A stretch of 64,000 nucleotides of DNA. It comes from Clostridia bacterium. GTDB taxonomy: Bacteria > Bacillota > Clostridia > Oscillospirales > Butyricicoccaceae. This document shows, in pieces, positions 18,491 to 27,117 of the stretch. Numbering within the stretch: the stretch's first letter is position 1; every line of letters begins with the position of its first letter. Below the pieces are notes generated by a model that saw only the letters and a list, made by a program, of their open reading frames with translations, had not been told where the DNA came from and made no database searches. Made by a program: the position numbers and the translations under genes. The stretch lies in NCBI GenBank assembly GCA_044426355.1, contig JAWXUO010000003.1, positions 138 to 64,137 of the forward strand, in the 5' to 3' direction.

Positions 18491-19084
18491 ATGGTAAATC
18501 AATCACTGTTAAATATTACAAAAACACATGTAGACTATAGGCTAAATATACAAAACGCAGAACTTCGTACAAGCAATGCTGCTACAAAGCCATCTGCAAA
18601 CGTAAAAACAACGATGGCTAGTTTGTCCATCGTTGAAAATACACCTTGCACTTATCGAGCAGATTCTTATAATGCTCGCCATGCTTTAGGTTTTTCTAAA
18701 ACTGGAGATTTTATTCGAGAAAGTGCTGACGAAGCTCGCCAACACGTATTAAATTTTATGCGTGAAAAAACTTTACAAAATATATCTTTAGGACAAATAC
18801 AAGACGGTGTAGAAATTCAAGATATTGTCACAAACCGAATAGTTAACGAGGCTCGTATGCCTTCTGCTACTTTAATTCAATGTCCAAAAGTTGATATAGA
18901 GTGGTCTGAACCATCTCTTAGATTTCAATATAATCCACCTCAACTTCAATATGACTGGAACACATACGAAACTGGTCTTGAATACATTCCAGGTGATGCA
19001 TCTTTAGAAGTAACTCAATTACCAGACGTACAAATAGAATACATGGGAAAACCAATGTATTTCCCACGTAGTTATTCAGGTTAA
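18491..19084 (+). CDS. Hypothetical protein, YviE-like by position (after flgL)
   Basis: 197 aa with a strong RBS (AAGGAGG). It occupies the slot that yviE holds in the B. subtilis flgM-flgN-flgK-flgL-yviE-fliW-csrA operon. Confidence 0.45.
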   Translation: MVNQSLLNITKTHVDYRLNIQNAELRTSNAATKPSANVKTTMASLSIVENTPCTYRADSYNARHALGFSKTGDFIRESADEARQHVLNFMREKTLQNISLGQIQDGVEIQDIVTNRIVNEARMPSATLIQCPKVDIEWSEPSLRFQYNPPQLQYDWNTYETGLEYIPGDASLEVTQLPDVQIEYMGKPMYFPRSYSG

Positions 19085-19782
19085 AATAATTTGTTATTTT
19101 GTAAATTATACATCCAAAGAAACTCTTTGAGTTTAATTCGTTCAGGTGTGGTTAGGTTTACTATATCACACTCCATACGAGGATTTTCTCCAAAGTTTAA
19201 AATTTTTGATATTCTAAAATTCAAAAATCCAATTGGTAAATCTGTATTTTTTACAATAAATTGTTGGTTTTCTTCTAGTTTTTGCATTTCTGTTTTATTT
19301 TTTTGCATTAACTTTTTAAAGAAACTACCAGTAATACGACTTTTTTGTATATCAAAAATAACTTTTTCATCTGTAAGGTCGATTATTTCAATATCAAATT
19401 CAACTCCATTTAGTTTATCTATATTAACTTTCTTGTCGCCAACTTTAACCTCGTCGCTTGTTTTCGTCGGAATTATAGTTGCTTTACATCTTATGTTACT
19501 GCTGTAGCAATCTTCTGACCCTTCAAAAAGCTCATCGCTTACTGAAACAATTCTCATAAGATTTCTATCAGAAAGATAAACTTGTCCATTAAATTTATGA
19601 ATAATTTTTCCTTTATATACTCTAAATATATTAGCTTTTGTTTCTAGCTCATATAAAGGAACAAATTCGCTTGTAAATGTTACGCTACCGTTTTCTAAGT
19701 CAATACTCGCAGTACCGTCGGCTAGAAATTCGCCATTGTCAAGTTGAAGCTCTGCTTCAAAATTTTCATAAATATTTTTCAT
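19081..19782 (-). CDS. Hypothetical protein, possibly a degenerate YcgR/PilZ-like protein
   Basis: I moved the start to ATG 19782 (RBS GGAGA 8 nt upstream). The size and a DLTDEKVIF segment loosely resemble a PilZ D-x-S-x-x-G region, but there is no RxxxR motif. The product call is weak. Confidence 0.55.
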   Translation of the reverse strand: MKNIYENFEAELQLDNGEFLADGTASIDLENGSVTFTSEFVPLYELETKANIFRVYKGKIIHKFNGQVYLSDRNLMRIVSVSDELFEGSEDCYSSNIRCKATIIPTKTSDEVKVGDKKVNIDKLNGVEFDIEIIDLTDEKVIFDIQKSRITGSFFKKLMQKNKTEMQKLEENQQFIVKNTDLPIGFLNFRISKILNFGENPRMECDIVNLTTPERIKLKEFLWMYNLQNNKLF

Positions 19783-19896
19783 AAATATCATCTCCTAAAA
19801 ACTTCTTGTTTTTATGATAACATATATAAATATCAAAATCAAGCTTTTAATGGCAAAAATAGGTTTATAAAAAATAAAATTCGAGGGATAACAAAT

Positions 19897-20370
19897 ATGA
19901 AAAATTATAAATTAGAAACTGAGCTCGTTTTAAAAAAGTTAGCAATATACCAAGAAATCGAGCAAATTACAGATACTATGTCTATCCAAAACATTGACCA
20001 ACTTATAGATTCTGTTCAAAAAAGAGAAAAACTTATTATGCGAGCAGAAATTATAGACGATTCGCTTTTTGAATATACCGACAAAGATATAAATTTAAAA
20101 AACGCTTTAAATATTGACTGCAAACTCGATGATTTAAACGATGAGCTTAAATTAATCTATGAAACATCTTTTAAAATAAAAGCTATTATAAACCGACTTT
20201 TACGAAACGAAGGTGTTATTCGAGAGTATATGGAATTTCAAAAAGACAGCTTACTGCAAAAAATAGAAAGCTTAAATCAAAGCACAACATCGGTTGCCTC
20301 AAAGTATAGTATGGGACTGCAAACGGCAGTCCCTCCGACAAATAATTCAAAAAAAAGCAGATTTATTTAA
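19897..20370 (+). CDS. Hypothetical coiled-coil protein upstream of fliD (possible FliT/FlgN-type chaperone)
   Basis: I moved the start to ATG 19897 (RBS GAGGGA 8 nt upstream). The track's upstream extension overlaps the divergent gene and promoter region. Confidence 0.55.
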   Translation: MKNYKLETELVLKKLAIYQEIEQITDTMSIQNIDQLIDSVQKREKLIMRAEIIDDSLFEYTDKDINLKNALNIDCKLDDLNDELKLIYETSFKIKAIINRLLRNEGVIREYMEFQKDSLLQKIESLNQSTTSVASKYSMGLQTAVPPTNNSKKSRFI

Positions 20371-20406
20371 TTTTGCTATTTACTTTTTGGGCAAACCGTA
20401 GTATAA
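20362..20406 (+). promoter_or_regulatory. Conserved late-operon motif, copy 3 (TTTATTTAATTTTGCTATT-N17-CGTAGTATAA)
   Basis: It has the same architecture as 14757-14797 and 36712-36753 and lies ~80 nt upstream of fliD. Confidence 0.4.
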
Positions 20407-20483
20407 ATATATATAGGGATTAATTTTTAAACAAATTAAAATACGAATAAACAATAAAAAAATATTATATAGGAGGTTTTTTT

Positions 20484-22835
20484 ATGAGTTCAATTAGTTC
20501 ATCAACTTATGCTAGCGTAGGTACATCATCAAACGGTGGTATCTCTGGTCTTATGTCTGGTATGGATACCGATGCAATGGTAACTGCTTTGCTTTCTGCA
20601 ACGCAAGCTAAAATCGACGCAAAAACAGGAGAGCAAGCACAACTTGAAATGAAGCAAGAGCTTTACAGACAAGTTATAGATAGTATTAATAATTTCAAAA
20701 ATTCATTTTTCGATACATCTTATGGTTCTTCTCTTACTACGAACCTTGCAAGTAGTTCATTTTGGAATAGCTTAACATCAAACGTTACTGGTTTAGGTAA
20801 TATTGATGTTGTTAGTACATCATCTTCTGCTACTGCAAATTCGTCTTACGAAATAGCTGTAAAACAACTTGCAACTACAACGTCACTTTCTACTGGCAAC
20901 ACTTTAAGTGGAGATAATTCTATCATAGGTTCAGAATTAACATCTGATATGCTATCATCTTTAGCAAACTCTGCTGATTTAACTTTAGATATTGATGTTA
21001 ACGGTTCTGCAACTTCTATTACAATTGACTTAAATGGTTGCTCTAGTACTACAGAAGTTTCTGATAAAATCTCTGCTGCTTTAGTTAGTGCTGGCATCGA
21101 CACAGACTCTGTATCTGTTTCTGCAGATGGTGGCACTCTTGCTATAACATCTCAAGCAGGCACCACAGTATCCGTTGATAAAGACAACTCTGACGATCTC
21201 GCTTTGCAATACACAGGTTTAACGTCTACAACTTCAACTGACAAAACAGAAACTACAACTGAAGAAGTTGACGGAGAAGATGTAGAAACTGAAACTGTTT
21301 TATCTACTACTTTAACTGCTACAAACGCTGGTGACTTTTCATCAAACGTTATTGACTTTACTTTATCTTACGATGGTGTTTCTAAAACAATCACACTAAA
21401 TAACTTAGTAGCTTCTGACCCTTCTGTTGGACTTACAGCTGATGATGTTTTAAGCTCTTTACAAGCTGAAGTAAAGGAAGCTTTTGGTTCTTATGTTGAT
21501 GTTTCTCTAACAGCAGACAACGAGCTTAAATTCTCTGTTGCTGCTGACGAAACAGGACACGAACTTAAAATTACAGGTATTGACGCTAATGATATAGGTT
21601 TCGTTCCTGGTTCTACATCTTTATTTGATACTAATAACACTCTTGAATCATTAGGTGTAAGTAATTACGACTTTTCTATCAATGGTGTAGACTTTTCATT
21701 CGGTGCTGATACTACTATCGCTAGCATGATAAGTACTATAAACAAAAGTAACGCAGGTGTTACTATGTCTTATTCATCTATCTCAGACCGTATTAAAATC
21801 GAAGCTAACGAAACTGGTGCAGGTTATGATATAGAAATAGACGAAGCTGACGGTGGTATTTTAGGCACTTTATTTGGTGTTGATTCAGCTAATCTTTCTT
21901 CTAATGTAGAACAAGGTAATGATGCTTTACTTACTATAAATGGAGTTGATACTTCTCGTAGTAGTAATACTTTCGAAATAGATGGTATTACAATGACTGT
22001 AACTGAAGTTAGTAGTTCTTCTACACAAACAGTAACTGAGAAAACGCTTACTGAATCATACGACGAAATGACTGGTGAAACATCATACGAAGTAAATGAA
22101 GTTGAAGTAGAAAAAACTGTCTACGACACTTCAACTATCACAACTGCTCGTGATGTTGATAAAATCGTAGAGGGTGTTCAAGCTTTCATTGATGGTTACA
22201 ACGAATTAATCGCAGAGCTTAATGACCTTGTAGGTGCTGATAAAACATATAGAGATTATGCTCCACTTACAGATGCTCAAAAAGCAGAAATGTCAGAAAC
22301 TGAAATAACTCTTTGGAATGAAAAAACCAATGAAGGTTTACTTTCTAACGATACTTACATCAACACTTTCCTTTCTCAAATGCGTTCTGCGTTATATCAA
22401 TCAGGTGGTTCTGGAAATCTTGCTATTTACCAATTTGGTATCGAAACTTCTTCTGACTATACAGATAATGGTAAATTAGTATTTGACGAAGCTACTTTCA
22501 GATCTGCTTACGCTTCTAATGCAGTTGATATTGCTGACCTATTTACAAATACTGTAGATGGTCTTGCAAGTTCTCTAATGAGTGCTATGACAAGCATTGC
22601 AAACGAAAGCTCAGGTTCTCCTGGTACTTTAGTTTCAATAGCTGGTATCAAAGGCTCAACTACAGAAAGTACTTGTTCTTACTATAGCCAACTTGCTACT
22701 TTAAGTTCTCGTATAGAAACTTTACAAGCACAATATGAAACTGAAAAAACTCGTTATTGGAGTCAATTCACAACAATGGAAACAACTTTAAGTAATTATA
22801 ATACTCAAAGTTCACTTTTCACTCAAACATACTAA
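20484..22835 (+). CDS. fliD: Flagellar filament cap protein FliD (783 aa, long)
   Basis: The N-terminus (GISGLMSGMDTDAMVTALLSATQAKIDAKTGEQAQLEMKQELYRQV) and the C-terminal FliD_C region (RIETLQAQYETEKTRYWSQFTTMETTLSNYN) match FliD. Confidence 0.92.
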   Translation: MSSISSSTYASVGTSSNGGISGLMSGMDTDAMVTALLSATQAKIDAKTGEQAQLEMKQELYRQVIDSINNFKNSFFDTSYGSSLTTNLASSSFWNSLTSNVTGLGNIDVVSTSSSATANSSYEIAVKQLATTTSLSTGNTLSGDNSIIGSELTSDMLSSLANSADLTLDIDVNGSATSITIDLNGCSSTTEVSDKISAALVSAGIDTDSVSVSADGGTLAITSQAGTTVSVDKDNSDDLALQYTGLTSTTSTDKTETTTEEVDGEDVETETVLSTTLTATNAGDFSSNVIDFTLSYDGVSKTITLNNLVASDPSVGLTADDVLSSLQAEVKEAFGSYVDVSLTADNELKFSVAADETGHELKITGIDANDIGFVPGSTSLFDTNNTLESLGVSNYDFSINGVDFSFGADTTIASMISTINKSNAGVTMSYSSISDRIKIEANETGAGYDIEIDEADGGILGTLFGVDSANLSSNVEQGNDALLTINGVDTSRSSNTFEIDGITMTVTEVSSSSTQTVTEKTLTESYDEMTGETSYEVNEVEVEKTVYDTSTITTARDVDKIVEGVQAFIDGYNELIAELNDLVGADKTYRDYAPLTDAQKAEMSETEITLWNEKTNEGLLSNDTYINTFLSQMRSALYQSGGSGNLAIYQFGIETSSDYTDNGKLVFDEATFRSAYASNAVDIADLFTNTVDGLASSLMSAMTSIANESSGSPGTLVSIAGIKGSTTESTCSYYSQLATLSSRIETLQAQYETEKTRYWSQFTTMETTLSNYNTQSSLFTQTY

Positions 22836-22877
22836 TTTTAGTAATTTTGATTACTTTGAAAGAGGGATTTTAACTAT

Positions 22878-23267
22878 ATGAAAAGAAATCCATACGAAAA
22901 TTATAAGGAGCAATCTATTTCAACCATGACCAGTGGTGAAATGCTAACTGCCGTTTATGATGGTTTGTTGAAACAGATTGCCCTCGCAAAAAAAGCAATA
23001 GAGGCAAAGGATTTCGCTGAGGTTAATGCTAAATTGCATAAATCTCAAGATTTCCTTGCGTATCTGTGCTCTACGCTTGATTTTAATTATGAAATATCTG
23101 ACAACTTAAATTCGTTATACGAATATTCTAGTCGTTTGCTATTTGATGCGAATATAAAAAAAGACTCTTGTGCAAATTTAGACGAAGTATCAAAAATAAT
23201 TACAGAACTTCGCAACACTTATGTTCAAGCAGACAAAATAACACGTTCGTTAGACGCTACAAAATAA
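22878..23267 (+). CDS. fliS: Flagellin-specific chaperone FliS
   Basis: 129 aa (YKEQSISTMTSGEMLTAVYDGLLKQI...) located after fliD. Confidence 0.9.
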   Translation: MKRNPYENYKEQSISTMTSGEMLTAVYDGLLKQIALAKKAIEAKDFAEVNAKLHKSQDFLAYLCSTLDFNYEISDNLNSLYEYSSRLLFDANIKKDSCANLDEVSKIITELRNTYVQADKITRSLDATK

Positions 23268-23282
23268 AAAGGAGGATATGTT

Positions 23283-23648
23283 TTGTTTTTTAATTCAACA
23301 AGCTTTAAAGTTTTAGAGGCAGGTGCCGAACTTTCATGGGCTAAACAACAAGTACATACGCAAAACTTAGCAAATATCGAAACACCTGGTTACAAAAGTC
23401 AAAGTTTAGACTTTTCAGTGGTTTTTGAAGATGCTATTTCAAGTTCAAATTTATCTAAACCTTCATATGTTACTGCTTCGATTACACGAAACGAAGATTT
23501 ATCAATCTTACAAGATGGTAATAATGTAGATTTAGAGTATGAAAACCTTGAATTATACAAGGCTTATATTCAATATTCTTTAGTTTTAGATAAAATATCT
23601 GGACAATTTAGAAATTATAATACAATAATCAATGCTAGTATGCAGTAA
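23283..23648 (+). CDS. flgB: Flagellar basal-body rod protein FlgB
   Basis: TTG start with RBS AAAGGAGGA. It carries the motifs NLANIETPGYKSQ and DGNNVDLEYENLEL. Confidence 0.88.
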   Translation: MFFNSTSFKVLEAGAELSWAKQQVHTQNLANIETPGYKSQSLDFSVVFEDAISSSNLSKPSYVTASITRNEDLSILQDGNNVDLEYENLELYKAYIQYSLVLDKISGQFRNYNTIINASMQ

Positions 23649-23659
23649 AGGAGAGATTT

Positions 23660-24079
23660 ATGGCAAGCTTATCGTCAATAGACATAGTAGGATCTGCTTT
23701 AACTGCTTCACGTTATCGTGCTGATGTAATTTTACAAAATATTGCAAACGCCGATATGACAATGACAGCAGATGGTAGTCCTTACCAACGCAAACAAGTA
23801 ATTTATCAAGAACGCCCGTTAACTTTTAGCGAAACTCTTTCGCAAGTTCAAGGTGGTGTAGAAATAGTCGAAATCGTTGAAAACGACCGTGACTTTTCTC
23901 AGGTTTATGACCCATCTCACCCACACGCAGATGAAAACGGATATGTTTTATATCCAAACGTGGATATAACTGAAGAAAATATCGACCTTATGGCGGCAGC
24001 AAATGCTTATGAAGCAAATTTGACTGCCTTATCAGTCGTTAAGGCAATGATAACAAAAACATTAGAAATAGGCAAATAA
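23660..24079 (+). CDS. flgC: Flagellar basal-body rod protein FlgC
   Basis: It carries ALTASRYRADVILQNIANADMT, YDPSHPHADENGYVLYPNV and ANAYEANL. Confidence 0.92.
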   Translation: MASLSSIDIVGSALTASRYRADVILQNIANADMTMTADGSPYQRKQVIYQERPLTFSETLSQVQGGVEIVEIVENDRDFSQVYDPSHPHADENGYVLYPNVDITEENIDLMAAANAYEANLTALSVVKAMITKTLEIGK

Positions 24080-24122
24080 AAAAACAAATAATTAAAATTT
24101 TATAAAATAGGGGATTTAGAAA

Positions 24123-25877
24123 ATGAAAAAACAAACAATTAATGGTCGATTGCTAAAACTGACATTCACATTATCAGCAGCTGCACTTTTTATAGTTGCT
24201 TTAATGTGCTTGTGTCTGTACTTAATATCACTACAAGTAGGCGTGCTTGAAACAAAACTTTGGACAGCAAGTGGATACGCTTCTGAAATCCAAGTTACAC
24301 TGGGTACAACTGCTCGTGAAATTCGTGATATGATTATTCTAGGTAATTCTAATACTTACAGTTCATATAAATCTACTATTGAAAGTAATATGAATTTTAT
24401 GGACCAAGACCTAGCTCTTTTAAGAGATGTATTCACTGGTTCGAGTTCTACTTTTACCGAATACTATAATTTAAACCAAACATGGCAAGATGCTGCGATG
24501 GTTATTGTTGATACTGTTCTTGCAGGAGATATGGAAACAGCTATAAATTTAGTTGAAACAGTCTGCGTACCTGCTCTTTCACAACTTGCTTCTATGGCAG
24601 AACAAATCACTACAGAAACTAACACTGCTGTAGATACTGCAATCGTTACTATTGATACTATAACAACAGGTTCTCAAGTTATTTTAGTTATAGTTGTAAT
24701 TATCAGTGCATTTGTAGCAATTACTGTTTCTCGTGAAACAAGAATGGCTATTCTTACTCCAATCACAGAACTTAAAGACGTTGCTCAACAAATTGCAAAC
24801 GGCGAATTAGCTTCTGCACACGTAGACTATGTATCTACAGATGAATTAGGCGAACTTGCAGAATCTATGCGTCAAATGACTAAAAACATCAGCTCTTATG
24901 TTGGTGATATTGAACATTGTATGTCATTATTCGCAGAAGGCGACCTTACTTTCACACCAAACGTTACACCAAAAGGTGACTTTATTCGTCTTGCAACTAG
25001 CGTAAGTGGTGCAACAGACGCAGTATCTGCTACTATCAGCCAAATAACTGTAGCTTCTGACCAAGTTGCAAATGGTTCTGACCAACTTGCAGCAGGTGCA
25101 CAAGCTCTAAGCCAAGGTTCGACAGAACAAGCTAGTGCTGTTGAAGAACTTGCAGCTACTATCACAAACATCTCAGAACAAGTACAACAAAATGCTGAAG
25201 ATTCTGTTCTTGCAAATGATAGAATGATTGAAGTTAGTACTGCTCTTACAGAAGGTGCTAAAGTAATGTCACAAATGATTGAAGCTATGAACGACATTAG
25301 CAAAAGCTCTGCTGACATCGCAAAAATCATTAAAACTATCGAAGATATTTCTTTCCAAACAAACTTACTTGCTCTTAATGCTGCTGTTGAAGCTGCTCGT
25401 GCAGGTGCTGCTGGTAAAGGTTTCTCTGTTGTTGCAGACGAAGTTCGTAACCTTGCAAACAAATCATCTATCGCATCTAAAGACACAGCTGATTTAATAG
25501 ATTCTTCATTAAAAGCTGTTGAACGTGGTGTTAAACTTGCTAGTGCGACATCTGAAAATCTTCTTGCTGTTGTAAATAGCACTGCCGAAGTTACAGAATC
25601 AATCAACCACATTTCGGTTTCTTCTACAGAACAAGCTAGTGCAATATCTCAAATTCTTATCGGTATCGATCAAATTTCTTCTGTTGTACAAACAAACTCT
25701 GCAACTGCTGAAGAAAGTGCTGCTGCAAGTGAAGAATTATCTGGTCAATCAAGCGTTCTTAAAAATCTTGTTTCTCACTTTAGAACAGGAGATTCAGTTC
25801 CTACTTCAGACTTTACATCACACCATAACGGTCCATCTGCAGAAGATTTTGATTTCTCACCAAGTGATAAATACTAA
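24123..25877 (+). CDS. Methyl-accepting chemotaxis protein
   Basis: It has two TM segments, a HAMP domain, and the highly conserved signalling hairpin (IEDISFQTNLLALNAAVEAARAGAAGKGFSVVADEVRNLA). Confidence 0.95.
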   Translation: MKKQTINGRLLKLTFTLSAAALFIVALMCLCLYLISLQVGVLETKLWTASGYASEIQVTLGTTAREIRDMIILGNSNTYSSYKSTIESNMNFMDQDLALLRDVFTGSSSTFTEYYNLNQTWQDAAMVIVDTVLAGDMETAINLVETVCVPALSQLASMAEQITTETNTAVDTAIVTIDTITTGSQVILVIVVIISAFVAITVSRETRMAILTPITELKDVAQQIANGELASAHVDYVSTDELGELAESMRQMTKNISSYVGDIEHCMSLFAEGDLTFTPNVTPKGDFIRLATSVSGATDAVSATISQITVASDQVANGSDQLAAGAQALSQGSTEQASAVEELAATITNISEQVQQNAEDSVLANDRMIEVSTALTEGAKVMSQMIEAMNDISKSSADIAKIIKTIEDISFQTNLLALNAAVEAARAGAAGKGFSVVADEVRNLANKSSIASKDTADLIDSSLKAVERGVKLASATSENLLAVVNSTAEVTESINHISVSSTEQASAISQILIGIDQISSVVQTNSATAEESAAASEELSGQSSVLKNLVSHFRTGDSVPTSDFTSHHNGPSAEDFDFSPSDKY

Positions 25878-25969
25878 AAATACGCATTTAACTAATAGCT
25901 TTAGGTAAATATTCCTAATGCTATTAGATGCTATAACTAATATAGCTAAAAAATAACATTAAGAAAGGT

Positions 25970-26932
25970 ATGAATAAGATGAGTAAGAACTCGGATAAAC
26001 ATGAAATTTTGCTTGAATCGGGAACCAATGAGCTTGAAATCATGGAATTTACAATAGATGGCGAGCTTTACGGCATTAACGTATCTAAAGTGCGAGAAAT
26101 CATGATGGTCGGCGACGTTAAACCTATGCAAAAATCTCACCCTTTTATAGAAGGTGTATTTAAGCCACGTGATGCCATAATAACAGTAATAGATCTAGCG
26201 TCATATCTTGATTTGCAACCTTCTATAACTCCAGAGAGAGATATATTTATAATAACTCACTTTAATAGCTCTACGTTCGCTTTTCATGTACATTCCATCG
26301 TAGGAATTGACAGAATTTCTTGGGAACAAATGAAAAAGCCTGATAGACTTATTTATGGAGGAAACGAAGGTTCGGCTACTGGTATAGCTGATTACAATGG
26401 AAAACTAATAACAATTTTGGATTTTGAAAAAATAGTTGGAGAAATAAGCCCAGAGTCAACTATTCAAACATCTGATATAGATACTCTTGGTGAAAGATCT
26501 GCTTCTGATAAAACAATAGTTATAAGTGAGGACTCTATGCTATTATCTAAGCTAATCGTTGAATCTTTACATCGTTCTGGTTATACGAACACTGTAAAAA
26601 CGGACAACGGTAGAGAAGCTTGGGAATTCTTAGAAGAATGCAAAAGAGAAGCCGAAGTTGAAGGCGACGATATTAAAAACCACGTTGCTTGTATTGTATC
26701 AGATATAGAAATGCCTGAGATGGACGGACATCGTTTAACAAAACTTGTAAAAGAAGATAATATTTTAAAAGAAATCCCATTAATTCTTTTCTCGTCACTA
26801 ATAAGTGAAGAAATGAGAATAAAAGGTAGACAACTAGGTGCTAATGCTCAAATAACAAAACCTGAAATTGTAAATCTTGTTAATTTAATTGATACATTAA
26901 CAGAAGGAAAAACCCCTACTTCTAATATATAA
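25970..26932 (+). CDS. cheV: Chemotaxis protein CheV (CheW-like domain plus receiver domain)
   Basis: It has an N-terminal CheW domain (ELEIMEFTIDGELYGINVSKVREI) and a C-terminal REC domain (SDIEMPEMDGHRLTK). ATG 25979 is an alternative start. Confidence 0.9.
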   Translation: MNKMSKNSDKHEILLESGTNELEIMEFTIDGELYGINVSKVREIMMVGDVKPMQKSHPFIEGVFKPRDAIITVIDLASYLDLQPSITPERDIFIITHFNSSTFAFHVHSIVGIDRISWEQMKKPDRLIYGGNEGSATGIADYNGKLITILDFEKIVGEISPESTIQTSDIDTLGERSASDKTIVISEDSMLLSKLIVESLHRSGYTNTVKTDNGREAWEFLEECKREAEVEGDDIKNHVACIVSDIEMPEMDGHRLTKLVKEDNILKEIPLILFSSLISEEMRIKGRQLGANAQITKPEIVNLVNLIDTLTEGKTPTSNI

Positions 26933-26945
26933 TTTAAAAGTTTTT

Positions 26946-26979
26946 AACCAACATCTAATTTTAGGTGTTGGTTTTTTTA
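26946..26979 (+). terminator. Rho-independent terminator after cheV
   Basis: The sequence is AACCAACATC-8 nt loop-GGTGTTGGTT followed by TTTTTT. Confidence 0.8.
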
Positions 26980-27034
26980 TTTAAACTTACTCAAAAAAAC
27001 TTTGCATTTTATTTATTTTTAATTAAAAAAACTA

Positions 27035-27063
27035 TTGTCCTATATCTTTAAATGGTGTATAAT
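27035..27063 (+). promoter_or_regulatory. SigmaA-type promoter for the fapA-parA-comFB-GGDEF* operon
   Basis: The sequence is TTGTCC-17 nt-TATAAT, ~55 nt upstream of ATG 27118. Confidence 0.5.
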
Positions 27064-27117
27064 ATAAATATATGTTTATACATTTTTACATATAATTTTT
27101 AAACTGGAGGGCGAAAT

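Noticed and set aside
23750-23757. Exact sigma-28 -10 consensus GCCGATAT inside flgC
   Set aside because: It encodes the conserved NIANADM rod motif. No TAAA lies at the required 14-16 nt upstream spacing, so it is a coincidence of coding sequence.
24896-25612. 238-aa minus-strand ORF inside the MCP gene
   Set aside because: It is antisense to the Ala/Ser-rich MCP signalling domain. This is a classic shadow frame, with no independent start context.
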